Shown here: one piece after another, positions 1-12,035 of the stretch
Layout of the letters: each line of letters starts with the position of its first letter
Position numbering within the stretch: position 1 is the first letter of the stretch
Source of the DNA: Chiloscyllium plagiosum
Lineage: Eukaryota
Length of the DNA stretch: 64,000 bases
Assembly (NCBI RefSeq): GCF_004010195.1
Contig: NC_057719.1
Coordinates: 8,116,190 to 8,180,189 of the forward strand
Direction of reading: 5' to 3'
Made by a program: the position numbers and the translations under genes
The notes under the pieces: generated by a model
What the model saw: the letters and a program-made list of their open reading frames with translations, nothing else
What the model was told of the DNA's origin: nothing
Database searches by the model: none

Positions 1-814
1 AATAAAATACCTAACTAAAATAGAATTTGAACTAGATGTTTAAAAATGAAGATTAAAGTGCAGTACAATATGGTGAGCCATGTACCTTTGTCACTCTGTT
101 TCCCTTCTCCCCGCCTTCTAGGCACTTTGCCCCACCACTCCACTTCTGCATTCTGTCTTACATCCCTTCTCACTCTTCCTCTATTCAAACCCAAACATTC
201 AATTGAACTTTAATGCACTGTTACTGGACTCTGATCCAATTCCATTAAGTAATGGGGCTCTCAGGTGATTGAAATTCCTGCAGATAATTTAGTTTTTAAG
301 TGGAAAAAATACACTGGTTTATTCTGTTGTGGTTCTGTTCGCCGAGCTACAAATCTTCTCACAAACTTTGAACTGGTTTATTCTACAAATCAGTGAGAAA
401 AATATAGAGCCTGCTGCAATGTGGCAGTATTTTATAATAGACCATGTCCAGAAATATATTTTCAAGAATTCCACACTTGTGCTAATTCAGCAGTTTAACT
501 ATATTAAAGATAACTGTGATAAACTGTGAAATGCTGATTTCGTTCCCAGAAATTTACAACCCAGGATAAATTGAGGAGAAAAGTACAATGGAATGCTGAA
601 AATCCGTAAATGGAAATACCATGTAAGAATATAGTAGATAGGGGCAGAAATACGCTATTTGACTCTTCAAACTTACTTTGCTTTCAAACAGATTGTAATC
701 AATTGTCTACCTCTGCACCCATTTTCCCCGCTACCACCAAATGTCTTTATTATCGGCAAAATCTATCAATTTCTATCTTGAACATGCTCAGTGATTAAGC
801 TTCCACAGCCCTCA

Positions 815-1330
815 GAGGTGTTAGCATGGATAGAAAATCAGCTGACACAAATCAGAGAGCATGCCAAAATGGGTCTTTGTTTGATTGGCAGGTTTTGACG
901 AGTGGAGTCCTGCAGGGATCTCTGCTTGGACCTCAAACTTAAATGAACGGGAAGCGTGAAATGAAGGCTGCGATAATTCCAGAGGCTCATAGTCTGGTGT
1001 CTCATGAGAGATAGAGAAAGATGGCTAATGATGGGTTTAACTTGAGGATCACCACACCTCAGTCAAGGGGCAAGGTAGAGAAATAGTGTATGAGAATTGA
1101 TCCTGCGCTATTGGTATCACTCTGCATTGAAGAATCACACAGCTGTCCAGCCAGCTGAGCTAACTGACCCCTTGAAAGAGTGAACTGAGGGGAATGAAGG
1201 CTAGGTACTTAAATTTTCAGATTACATGAAATTGGATAGAAATGTATCTTGTAAAAAGGACATAAGGAGGTTGCAGGTGGGTAGGGAGAGTTTGATTAAT
1301 TGGGTAGAAACCTGGCAAATATAATATTGT
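815..1330 (+). mobile_element. Old, fragmented CR1-like LINE RT remnant interrupted by a tRNA-derived SINE (about 960-1170, minus strand)
   Basis: Degenerate CR1 RT motifs (gcatggatagaaaat..., agtggagtcctgcagggatctctgcttggacctca). Minus-strand tRNA-like head (revcomp gggtcagttagctcagctggctggacagctg) resembles the + copy at about 30990-31160. Confidence 0.55.
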
Positions 1331-1337
1331 TATGAAG

Positions 1338-1442
1338 AAAAACAGAAGCTATTGGAAAAGCTCAGCAGGTCTGGCAGCATCTGCGCACTGTGCAGAGAAA
1401 TCAGAGTTAACATTTCATGTCCAGTGACCCTTCCTCAGAACA
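1338..1442 (-). mobile_element. Short PLE-derived terminal fragment carrying a hammerhead-like motif
   Basis: ggaaaagctcagcaggtctggcagcatc...gttaacatttc...gacccttcctcagaac; the reverse complement contains CTGAGGA-stem-GAAA. The same module recurs many times in the window. Confidence 0.6.
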
Positions 1443-1721
1443 GCATCGGCAGTTCCTTCAGTTATTAGTTAGCATTGTTATGATCCTTGCTAATGTTAAT
1501 GCTAACAAGTCAAGTTACAGAGTGAAACCAAGCTTGATAAATTATCAGTTTAATCTTTCCATTTGGTTACCGGGGTGGTTGTTCCCTAGAAATATTCACG
1601 GCAGGCTGTCAGTGTTCTTTATCCAATGAACACAAGTGTATTATCTAAAAGCTTTGTACACATATGTCACTTTAGAAAGATCTTAACAAACTGTCAATGG
1701 TGCTATTTTCTGGGTCTGTAG

Positions 1722-4700
1722 ACTTTGAAGGAGCAAAAATGGCTTTTAGTAGAGTGATGTGCTCTTCCTGTCGGATGTGGGAGTTTAGGGAGAGTTTCCA
1801 TGTTACTGATGCAGGAAGTGTCCTTTGTTGTGAATCATGTCAGTTTACATGGATCGGTTGGAGTGGCAGTTAGAGGGAATAAGGAATTTACCAAGAGCTA
1901 GGGGGTGTGATGGATGGCAGTTATAGAAAGGGAGAAAAGCCGCATATACAATCAGGTAGATAGGTTAACTCTTGGAAAGGTAGGAGGGGCAGGTAGGTTG
2001 TGCAGGAGTCTCCTATGGCTATTCCCATCTCAAACAAATATGCCGTTTTAGAAAATGTAGGGAGTGATGGACTCGTGGGGGAATGTAGCACAACAGCCAA
2101 GTTTCTTGTATCGAGACTGGCATTAATGTAACGAGAGGAACATTGGGTTCCAAGCGATTGATTATGTTAGGGAAGTCTCTGGTTAGACGCACAGACAGAC
2201 ATTTCTGCAGCCAGCAGCGAAAAGTCAGAATGGTATATTGCTTCCCCAGTGCTAGGATCAGGGATATCTCAGAGAAGGTGCAGAATGTTCTCAAAGGGGA
2301 GAGGGACCTGCAGGAGGTCATTGTATACATTGGAACTACTGACATAGGAAGGGAAAAGGATGAGATTCTGAAGGGAGAATATAGAAAGATAGAAGAACTT
2401 AAAAAGATGTTCCTCAAGGGTAGTAATATCTGGATTACTCCCAGTGCTATGAGCTAGTGAGGGCAGGAATAGAAGGATAGAGTAGATGAATGCATGGCTG
2501 AGGAGCTGGTGCAGGGGAGAAGGATTCACATTCCTGGATCAATGGAATCTCTTCTGTGATAGAAGTGACCTGTACAAGAAGGATGGATTGCACCTGAATT
2601 GGAAGGGAACTAATATACTGGCAGGGAAATTTGCTAGAACTGCTTGGGAGGATTTAAACTAGAAAGGTTGCGGGGGGGGGGGGGGCGTATAGGTGGGAGC
2701 CAGAGAAATAACGAGGAAAGAGATCAATCTGAGACTGGTACAGTTGGGAAAAGGAACAAGTCAAATAGTCAGGACAGGCAGGAACAAAGCAGAGAACAAG
2801 GTCGGACTGATAAATTAAACTGCATTTATTTCAATACGAGAGGCCCAACAGGGAAGGCAGATGAACTCAGGGCATGGTTAGGAGCATGGGACTGGGATAT
2901 CATAACAATGACAGATACATGGCTCAGGAATGGGCAGGACTGGCAGCTTAATGTTCCAGGATACAAATGCTACAGGAAGGACAGAATAGGGACAGGAGAG
3001 GATCGGTAGTGGCATTTTTGATAAGGGATAGCATTACAACTGTACTTGAGGATATTCCTGGAAATACATCCAGGGAAGTTATTTGGGTTGAACTGAGAAA
3101 TAAGAAAGGGATGATCACCTTATTGGGATTGTATAATAAACCCCCTAATAGTCAGCGGAAAATTGACAAACAAATTTGTAAGGAGATTTCAGTTATCTGT
3201 AAGAATAATAGGGTGGTTATGGTAGGGGATTTTAACTTTCCAAACATAGCCTGGGACTGCCATAGTGTTAAGGATTTAAATGGAAAGGAATTTGTTAGTG
3301 TGTCGAAGACAATTTTCTTGGATGTACCTATTAGAGATGGTGCAAAGCTTGACATACTCTTGGGAAATAAGGCAGGACAAGTGACTGAGGTGTCAGTGAG
3401 GGAGTATTTTGGGGCCAGCGACCATAATTCTATTTGTTTTAAAATAGTGATGGAAAAGGATAGACCAGATCCACAAGTTGAAGTTCTAAATTGGAGAAAG
3501 GCCAATTTTGACGGTATTAGGCAAGAACTTTCAAAAGCTGATTTGGGGGCAAAAGTTCGCAGGTAAAGGGATGGTTGGAAAATGGAAAGCCTTCAAAAAT
3601 GAGATAACGAGAGTCCACAGATAGTATATTCCTGTCAGGGTGAAAGGCAGGGATGGTAGGTGCAGGGAATGCTAGATGACTCGAGAAATCAAGGGTTTGG
3701 TTAAGAAGAAGAAGGAAGCATATGTCAAGCATAGACAGCAGAGATCGAGCCAATCCTTAGAAGAGTATAAAGGCAGTAGGAGTATACTTAAGAGGGAAAT
3801 CAGGAGGGAAAAAAGTGGATATGAGATAGCTTTGGAAAATAGGGTTAAGGAAATCCAAGGAGATTTTATAAACACGATAAGGACAAAAGGGTAACTAGGG
3901 ATAGTATAGGGCCTCTCAAAGATCAACAAGGCAACCTATGTGTGGAGCCGCAGGAGATGGGGCAGATACTAAATGAATATTATGTATCAGTGTTTACAGT
4001 GGAGAAGGACGTGCAAGATATAGGATGTGGGGAAATAGATGGTAGCATCTTGCAAAATGTCCATATTACAGAGGAGGAAGTGCTGGATGTCTTGAAACGC
4101 ATAAATGTGGATAAATTCCCAGGACCTGATCAGGTGTACCCAAGAACTCTGTAGGAAGCTAGAGAAGTGATTGCTGAGCCCTTACTGAGATATTTGTTTA
4201 ATTGACAGTCACAGGTGAGGAACCGGAAGACGGAGGTTGGCTAACGTGCCACTATTTAAGAAAGGTAGTAAGGACAAGCCGGGGAACGATAGACCGGTGA
4301 GCTTGCCATCGGTGGTGGGCAAGTTGTTGAAGTGAATCCTGAGGGACAGGATTTATATGTATTTGAAAAGGCAAGGACTGATTAGGGACAGTCAGCGTGG
4401 CTTTGTGCATGGGAAATCATGTCTTAGAAACTTGATTGAAATTTTAGATAAAGTAACGAAGAGGATTGGTGAGAGGAGAACAGTGGACATGATCACTAAG
4501 GTGTTTGACAAGGTTCCTCATGGGAGACTGATTAGCAAGGTTAGATCTCGTGGAATACAGGAAGAACTAGCCATTTGGATACAGAATTGGCTCAAAGGTA
4601 GAAGACAGAGGGTGGTGATGGAGGGTTGCGTTTTAGACTGGAGTGACCAGTCGAGTGCCATAAGGATCGGTGCTGGGTCCTCTACTTTTTGTCATTTATA

Positions 4701-5552
4701 TAAATGATTTGGATGTGAACATAGTTAGTAAGTTTGCAGATGACACCAAAATTGGAGGTGTGGTGGACAGTGAAGAAGGTTACCTCAGATTACAACAGGA
4801 TCTTGATCAGATGGGCCATTGGGCTGAGGAGTGGTAGATGGAGTTTAATTTAGATAAATGCAAGGTGCTACATTTTGGGAAAGCAAATCTTAGCAGGACT
4901 TATACACTTAATGGTAAGGTCCTAGGGAGTGTTGCTGAACAAAGAGACCTTGGAGTGCAGGTTCATAACTCCTTGAAAATGGAGTCACAGGTAGATAGGA
5001 TAGTGAAGAAGGCGTTTGGTATGCTTTGGAATATTGCGTGCAATTCTGGTCTCCTTCCTATCGGAAGGATATTGTGAAACCTGAAAGGGTTCAGAAAATA
5101 TTTACATGGATATTGCCAGGATTGGAGGATTTGAGCTATCGGGAGTGGTTGAATAGTGTTTTCCCTTAGGGTGAGGGGTGAGCTTATAGAGATTTATAAA
5201 ATCATAAGGAGCATGGATAAGGTAAATAGACAAGATCTTTTCCCTGGGTTGGGGGGTGTCCAGAACTGGAGGGCATAGATTTAGGGTGAGAGGGGATAAA
5301 TTTAAAAGGGACCTAAGGGGCAACTTTTTCACGCAGAGGGTGGTGCGTGTATAGAATGAGCTGCCAGAGGAAGTGGTGGAGGCTGGTACAATTACAACAT
5401 TTAAAAGGCATCTGGATGGTTATATGAATAGGACGGGTTTGGAGGGATACGGACCAAATGCTGGCAAATGGGATTATATTAGGTTCGGATATCTGGTCGA
5501 CATGGACCAAAGGGTCTGTTTCCGTGCTGTACATCTCTGACTCTATGACTCT
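1722..5552 (+). mobile_element. Near full-length decayed CR1-clade (HER1-like) LINE: ORF1 with SGNH/esterase-like domain, ORF2 with APE endonuclease and reverse transcriptase
   Basis: ORF1 begins MAFSRVMCSSCRMWE and includes MVYCFPSARIRDISEKV...IVYIGTTDIGR. Endonuclease motifs CIYFNTRG, DTWL, VMVGDFNFPNIAW, GASDHNSI. RT motifs GPDQVYPR, FDKVPHGRL, KFADDTK, MEFNLDKCKVLHFG. 3' tail ctctatgactctga. Many stops and frameshifts. Confidence 0.95.
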
Positions 5553-6002
5553 GATATCCTTTACTGTTCCTAGTGAAGTGTTATTCTTTAATTACTTAAA
5601 AAAAAGTGAAAATTGCTCGAAATGTTTGCAGCAATTTCTGTTTTTGTTTCTGATTTCCAGCATCCTTAGTTCTTTTGATTGTTTTCTTTAATTTCTTACT
5701 AAAGTGGCTCTTATTTGCTGACCTGCAGACTACTTTGCAGATCTATATCTTAACCATCTTCAGTACTGACAGCTTGAAAAACCTCTCCACAAACTCTCAA
5801 AGCTTGGACACTTAACAAATTAAAATCCTTCTGCTGAAGACAAACTGTTTCCTGAACTGAAACTAAAATAACTGGACAGAGGCTGGTATCCTGTCACCCA
5901 TTCATCCAGTCACCTTTATTTACACATGGAGGGTCCTAGACACTGATGCAGCTCCCTCAGAGCCAGCTCTTGGAGTGAACAGGATATCTGACACTCCTGT
6001 TT

Positions 6003-6400
6003 ATTTTTTTTTATTTTTTTTATTTTTTTTATTTTTTTTTTCTTTTTTAATTTTTTTTTCTTTTTTTTAAAATTTAACCCCCACACTACCACCTAAGTGC
6101 GGTAGTGCTTATTTTATCCCCAGCACCCATGGTGTGTGTGTATGCAGGTGTGAGACACAGTGGAAGACACTAAGTGCACGAATCTTTATTCAATTTCCAC
6201 CACCAGGAAGATAGGAAAACACCCGGGTGGCCAGTGACAAACACTGCCCTTCACATCAAAGGACAGTGCTGTGTGATCAAAACAGTGAAGGGGAGGGTAG
6301 GGACTAAATCAAAATAGAGTTGGAGGGAGAAATGATGCACTCCACTCCCTGCGGCGCCCACCTCTCCCTAAACAACTCCAGGGTGTTGGTGAACACCGCG
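6003..6400 (-). mobile_element. Tx1-clade (L1 group) non-LTR retrotransposon 3' end, copy 1: ORF2 C-terminus, 3'UTR and poly(A)
   Basis: Minus strand about 6400-6305 reads AVFTNTLELFRERWAPQGVECIISPSNSILI*, resembling Tx1-type ORF2 C-termini. Poly(A) tail appears as a T-run at 6003-6068. Confidence 0.8.
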
Positions 6401-6415
6401 AATTTCTTGATTATA

Positions 6416-6602
6416 TATTTTTTTCTCTTTTAAATTTTAACCCCCACACTACCGCCTAAGTGCGGTAGTGCTTATTTTATCCCCAGCACCCATGTGTGTG
6501 TGTGTGTGCAGGTGTGAGACACAGTGAAAGACACAAAGTGCACAAATCTTTATTCAAATTCCACCACCAGGAAGATAGGAAAACACCCGGGTGGCCAGTG
6601 AC
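6416..6602 (-). mobile_element. Tx1-clade 3'UTR plus poly(A), copy 2
   Basis: Near-identical to 6070-6240 (aacccccacactacc...cgggtggccagtgac), with its own T-run. Confidence 0.8.
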
Positions 6603-6616
6603 GGACACTCCTGTTT

Positions 6617-6815
6617 ATTTTTATTTTTTTTTTTGTTTTTTTTTTATTTTAACCCCCACACTACCACCTAAGTGCGGTAGTGCTTATTTTATCCCCAGCA
6701 CCCATGGTGTGTGTGCGCAGGTGTGAGACACAGTGGAAGACACAAAGTGCACGAATCTTTATTCAAATTCCACCACCAGGAAGATAGGAAAACACCCGGG
6801 TGGCCAGTGACAAAC
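6617..6815 (-). mobile_element. Tx1-clade 3'UTR plus poly(A), copy 3
   Basis: Third near-identical copy, bounded by acactcctgtttat at 6605-6618 and 6814-6827. Confidence 0.8.
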
Positions 6816-8055
6816 ACTCCTGTTTATATCTGTCTGCCAGGGCTACCTGATTGAACCAGATTAATTGCTCCAATCAGGGAACTCATACTATATGATGTTC
6901 ACCTAGCTGACTTCATTACAATTACTACAGAAATCTAATTCTGAGCTGAACTCAAAAAAACTAGTGGGTCCTGGTTTAGTTCCGCTGTGTGTCATAAAAG
7001 TTCAATTTTGTAAATTTCATCAGTCAACAGCATAGGTATCCTGCTCAGCATTTAACTTAAATCACATGCCTTCTTAGAATTAAGGTCTTCAATTTACAGT
7101 TCCAAATGATTTGCTGACCGCTTTAAAAAAAGCTTGCATAAAATTGAAATCATACATTTATTTTACCTCTACTTTAAGATTCTAACTCCCAAATTGTGAT
7201 AATATGTTTTACACTTTAAGCACAATATGAATCAAGTCAACTTTTTTATATTGCTTCCAGTGAGTTTACATCCTCTCTTAATTAAGATGACTGAAACTGC
7301 ACACAGTTCTCGAGATATGGGCTACCCAATGCTATACATAACTTTTACACAATATTCTTATCTTTATGTTCTGTCTTTATGACCTGGACGGCCAGGTAAC
7401 TTGTTAATAGGAGAAAGCAGAAGTTACATTTTTTTTACTTTCCAGTATTCCTTGTTTTGGTTAAGCCATACTAAGGGACTTCATAATTTTACATCCTAGT
7501 TCTGCTGAAAGGTTTCTTCTTAGGCAGCACCTCAGTACTTCCAGTTTCATGGGTTTTGAGGTAGCTGATAAGTCTCTGCAAAATCTGCAGACTATAACAT
7601 GAGGGATGGGTTGTATTTTCAGGGTTAGATAGGTGTGTTGTTTGGAAGTTTGATTGCTTCCAGTGATGCTTCAACTTCGCTTCTGCACTTTCCTGATGAA
7701 GGATCTCAAACTGTTCAGTACCTTCCTGAATGTGCCTTTTCCTTGCAGTTGGTCACGAGCCAGGATCTCTCGATGCAGGTTTTTGATTTCTTTAATTTCT
7801 GGACATTTTGAAAAGTTTCCACTTTCATCCTAGGAGTTTGCTGTCATGATTGAGTTCTGAGTGAGAAGGGTCTAAGTAGAATCACACAGCATGAAAAGAT
7901 GTCACTCAGCTTCATGTGTTACCAGATAACCTGAGGTATTTCACCATCGCCTTGAATTCTCCTCTGAAAGTGGCAATTGAATCTGTTTCTACCACCTTTT
8001 ACATATAGTGCTTTCTAGATCATTTTAACTTGCTGTACACCTGGAGCATTAATTT

Positions 8056-8218
8056 CCTGAATGTGGTGCTGGAAAAGCACAGGAGGTCAGGCAGCATCCA
8101 AGGAGCAGGATTTGACGTTTCGGGTAAAAGCCCTTCATTCTCCTGCTCCTCGGATGCTGCCTGATCTGCTGTGCTTTTCCAGCACTGCACTCTCGACTCT
8201 AATCTCCAGCACCCGAAA
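8056..8218. mobile_element. Short PLE-derived fold-back element with TSD
   Basis: Arms gtgctggaaaagcacagga...ggcagcatccaaggagcagga and tcctgctcctcggatgctgcc...gtgcttttccagcac are reverse complements. TSD cattaattt at 8047-8055 and 8219-8227. Confidence 0.75.
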
Positions 8219-8369
8219 CATTAATTTGTCTGTTCTCTTCTAAGAAGCTGATGGAATTTACACTCTGCTAATTTTGATTTGTGAATAATCATCTGGTGGA
8301 TAAATTCTGGGGCCTGACAATTATTGAGAATGTAATCATTGATTTGCGTTTTTGTTTTCTTTTTTCCAG

Positions 8370-8393
8370 GATAGGATTGCAGACTTAGAAAGT
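8370..8393 (+). CDS. Candidate 24-nt coding microexon (DRIADLES)
   Basis: Strong acceptor (tttttgttttcttttttccag) and perfect donor (gtaagt). Only phase 0 is stop-free. Confidence 0.6.
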
Positions 8394-9509
8394 GTAAGTA
8401 TTTCATTTTGCTAAATCCTTGTGTATGCCTATAACTTTTCATTCAGTTTTTGTTTACGATTGACTGTTCCATGCACAGGAATCCTGAATAAGCAATTTGG
8501 GATAGGCAATAATGGGCCAGTTTTGCCAAGATCTCACGAATTAACAAGTAAAAGAATCAGCCATGCAATTTAAGACTATTCATAGAACCACTCCAATTTG
8601 TAAGTGTACAATGCAGCAATTTGAAAACTAGCAAAGCTGGCTGTCAATTGAATATTTTATAATAGCGGAAATTGGAAGGTGAACTCAATCCAGTAAGGTA
8701 TAGAATTCTTCTCTGCACATCGCAGAATCGTACATCACTAATGAAGATCACTTTACCCATTTGACGTTTTAAAATAGCTACCCAATTAGACACAGTATTC
8801 ACCCATGTCTGTGCATACATCCAATTCTTTTTTGAGAGTTACCATTGAATCTCTTTCTGCTACCCTTTCAGGCAGTGCATTTCAAATCACTACAATTCAC
8901 TGAAGTGAAACAAAATCTCATTCTTCGACACTCTTGTTTTTTATCAGTTCCCTGAGATTTGGACTTCTGGTTATGGACCACCCTGTGATCAGAAATAGGA
9001 GCTCTCTCTTTACTCCATCTAAGCGTCTCATTATGAATTAGTAACCATGGGCAGTACTCATTTGATCATTAATTAGCACCAAATTATTTACAGTTTAATT
9101 GCTAGTGATGCAAAAATAACTGTACGGGTATAATATTGGGTCAGAGAGCAGGTCCGGGTGGACAGCTAATGCAGGTTGTTGGATCTCAGTGGGCATTGCT
9201 TTTGGAATTTCTAAAGAAACTAGTATCAGCTTGGCACCAGATGAATGTGAAATGTATTATCTGAAACCATCTGTGTAACTCAGAAGAAAGTGTAATGCAC
9301 TGAGTCTCAATAAGAAATGCTCCTTTTCAGGCGAAGTGGGAGCTGCATTGGTTTTGTAGAATGTGTTGCTTATCCAGAAGGAGCATTGTATGGAACTGCC
9401 TTTGAATGGAATTGTCCTCTAGAAGACACTGAAAGATGAAGAAGTCCCCTTAATTACATTGTAGTTCTCATTTCAGTACTTTGTCATTGCAGTTTCAGCA
9501 TTGTTAATT

Positions 9510-9960
9510 TTAGGAACAGGGGTCGACCATTCAACCCCTCGAGTCTGTTTCACCATTCACTAAGCTCATGGCTGATCTGTGACCTAACTCCATGCCTTTG
9601 GTCCATATCTCTTAAAAATGTATCTGTTTCAGATTTAAAATTAACAGCTGATTAGCATTACCTCCTGTTTGTGGAAGAGAGTTTCAAATATCTACCACCC
9701 TTTGTGGGTAGAAGTGCTTCCTAATACCTCCCCTGAGGCCTGGCCCTACTTCTCAGACAATGCTTCTTAGTTCTCGAATCCTCAACCAGCAGAAATAGTT
9801 TATCTTTGTCTGCCTTGTCGTTTCCTGTTAATATATTGAAAACTTCAATCAGATCATCCCTTAACCTTCTAAATCCTCGAGAAAACAGACCTAATTTGTA
9901 TAACCTATCCTCCTGAAGTGCATATATCATTCTTATAAACTTGCCTTGAACTTGCCTTTC
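9510..9960 (-). mobile_element. CR1 LINE 3' fragment
   Basis: ORF 9721-9966(-) LYKLGLFSRGFRRLRDDLIEVFNIL...; typical CR1 3'UTR. Confidence 0.85.
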
Positions 9961-10399
9961 TTTCATTCAGTCACTTATTTCTTCAACTAGCTGTCCTGTG
10001 CGAAGCTGTGTGGCATACTGGGTAATAAGTGGCCCTGGCAGATCGCTCCTTTGCAAGTGCTGCTTCCTAGCACCGTCAGTGAGCCCTTCCATCACTTTAC
10101 TGAATGATCAATTGTAGATTGATCGGGAAGTAATTGGTCAGGTCGGATTTGCCCTGCTTTACAGTACTTTTGCTAGAACATTGTCAGAACCCATATAAAT
10201 ATACACACCCTTCAGCAGTTTCTGAATATCATGTGTGGTGAATTGAATTGACTGAAGCCTGGCATCTGTGGTTTCTGGGCTTTGGGAGGAGTCTGAGCTG
10301 GACCATCCATTAGGCACTTCTAACTAAAGATAGATTCAGTGCTTCTGCCTTGTGTTTGCACTAACATGCAGTCTTTCCTCATCATTGAAGATGGATTTA

Positions 10400-12035
10400 T
10401 AGAATCAGAGAATAGTGTGGTCCATTCAACCTATTGAGTCTGTGCTGACTGACCCGAAAATGCACTTTCCACTGTTTCGCCCACAACCTGAAATGTTATG
10501 ATAGTTCAAGTGCTCATCCAAGTAATTTTAAAGGTTCCAACTCAACTATCCTACCAGGTAGTGTGTTCCAGATTCCCATGACTGGGTGAAAGTCCTTTTC
10601 CTCAAATCCTTTCTAGACACTCTGTCTTTCACCTTAAAATTATGTCCCCATGTTAGTGACCCTTCAACTAAGGGGAACAACTACTTTCTATCCACCCTTT
10701 CTATCCCTCATAATCATATATACCTCCATCAGGTCCCCTCTCAGCCATCTCTGCTGTAAAGAAAACAAGTTGATCTTATCCAGCCTCTCTTCATCGATAA
10801 AATGCTCGAACCCAGGAAACAGCCTGGTGCATCTCCACTGCACACCCTCCAATCATATCCTTCCTGTTGAGCAGTGACTGGAACTGCACGTTTTACTCCA
10901 GTTGTGGCCGAACCAAAGTTTTGTACAACTCCAACATAACCTCCCTATCATAATCTATGCCATGATAAAGGCAAGTGTTCAATATGCCTTTTTCATTAAC
11001 CTATTAAGATGCATTACACCCTTATCCTCTGAGCTTCCTAGTGTCCTGTCATTCATTGACTTCCTACTGAAGGGCTCCTGCCCGAAACGTCGATTTTCCT
11101 GCTCTTCGGATACTGCCTAACCGGCTGTGCATTCCCAGCACCACTTTCTTGACTCTGTAATCTCCAGCATCTGCAGTCCTCACGTTCGACCATTCATTGA
11201 CTACACCCTTGTCTTGTTATTTCTTCCAAAGTGCATCACTTCACATTTATCAGGGTTAAATTCCACCTGCCACTGATTTGCCCAATTTGTTTTTATCCTT
11301 CTGTAGAACATAGAACATAGAACATAGAACAATACAGCACAGAACAGGCCCTTCGGCCCACGATGCCTAGATTAAGTACCCATCCATGTACCTATCCAAA
11401 TGCCGCTTAAAGGTCGCCAATGATTCCGAGTCTACCACTCCCATGGGCAGCGCATTCCATGCCCCCACCACTCTCTGGGTAAAGAACCCACCCCTGACAT
11501 CTCCCCATACCTTCCACCCTTCACCTTAAATTTATGTCCCCTTGTAACACTCTGTTGTACCCGGGGAAAAAGTTTCTGACTGTCTACTCTACCTATTCCT
11601 CTGATCATCTTATAAAGCTCTATCAAGTCACCCCTCATCCTTCGCCGTTCCAACGAGAAAAGGCCGAGAACTCTCAACCTATCCTCGGACGACTTCCTCT
11701 CCATTCCAGGCAACATCCTTGTACATAGACCCCAAGATCCCTCTGTTCCTCCACCTGACTAAGAATCCTACCATTAACCCTGTATTCCGCAATCATATAT
11801 ACCTGTAACCTAACATTTTCTTGCTCACTCTGAACCACCTGGCCAATTGAAGTGTCATCTCCCTCCACTTTATCTTCTATATTGTTTAGAAATGTCATGA
11901 GCAATAAGGAACCTAGCATTGTTCCCTGTGGTTATGCAATGGACAATGGCCTCCCATCACAGCTTTCTACCACCACCCTCTGTTTTCTACCACTAAACCA
12001 ATTTTGGGTCCAACTTGCCAAGTTACCCTGGATTC
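10400..12035 (-). mobile_element. CR1 LINE fragments: older copy with a nested younger CR1 3' end (about 11306-11790, (catagaa)n tail) and a nested PLE fragment
   Basis: ORF 11432-11716(-) RLRVLGLFSLERRRMRGDLIELYKMIRG. PLE piece at 11062-11190 with TSD cattcattgact (11050-11061 and 11191-11202). Confidence 0.85.

Larger units (their letters stand above)
5864..6929 (-). mobile_element. Solo LTR (about 240 bp once inserts are removed), interrupted by Tx1-like insertions
   Basis: Minus strand starts TGTAGTAATTGTAATG, has TATAAA (gatataaacaggagtgtc) and AATAAA, and ends ...gttatttta (near-canonical CA end). Flanked by a near-perfect 5-bp duplication, gaaac (5859-5863) and gaaat (6930-6934). Confidence 0.7.

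Noticed and set aside
36..72. Possible exon CLKMKIKVQYNM with donor gtgagc (also 550-605)
   Set aside because: Good donor but a poor pyrimidine tract and no upstream context in the window; cannot be supported.
2672..2685. Poly-G run as a regulatory G-quadruplex
   Set aside because: Lies in the CR1 inter-ORF region; a homopolymer of uncertain length with no independent support.
6003..6827. Three ~200-bp direct repeats as a CRISPR-like array or satellite
   Set aside because: Units have poly(A) tails, TSDs and a Tx1 ORF2 remnant; there are no unique spacers or cas genes, and the context is eukaryotic.
7489..7860. Short minus-strand ORF region
   Set aside because: No recognisable motif or splice signals; possibly an ancient repeat, not assignable.
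9331..9440. Possible exon after tccttttcag
   Set aside because: Frames end in stops with no convincing donor or phase link to neighbouring exons.
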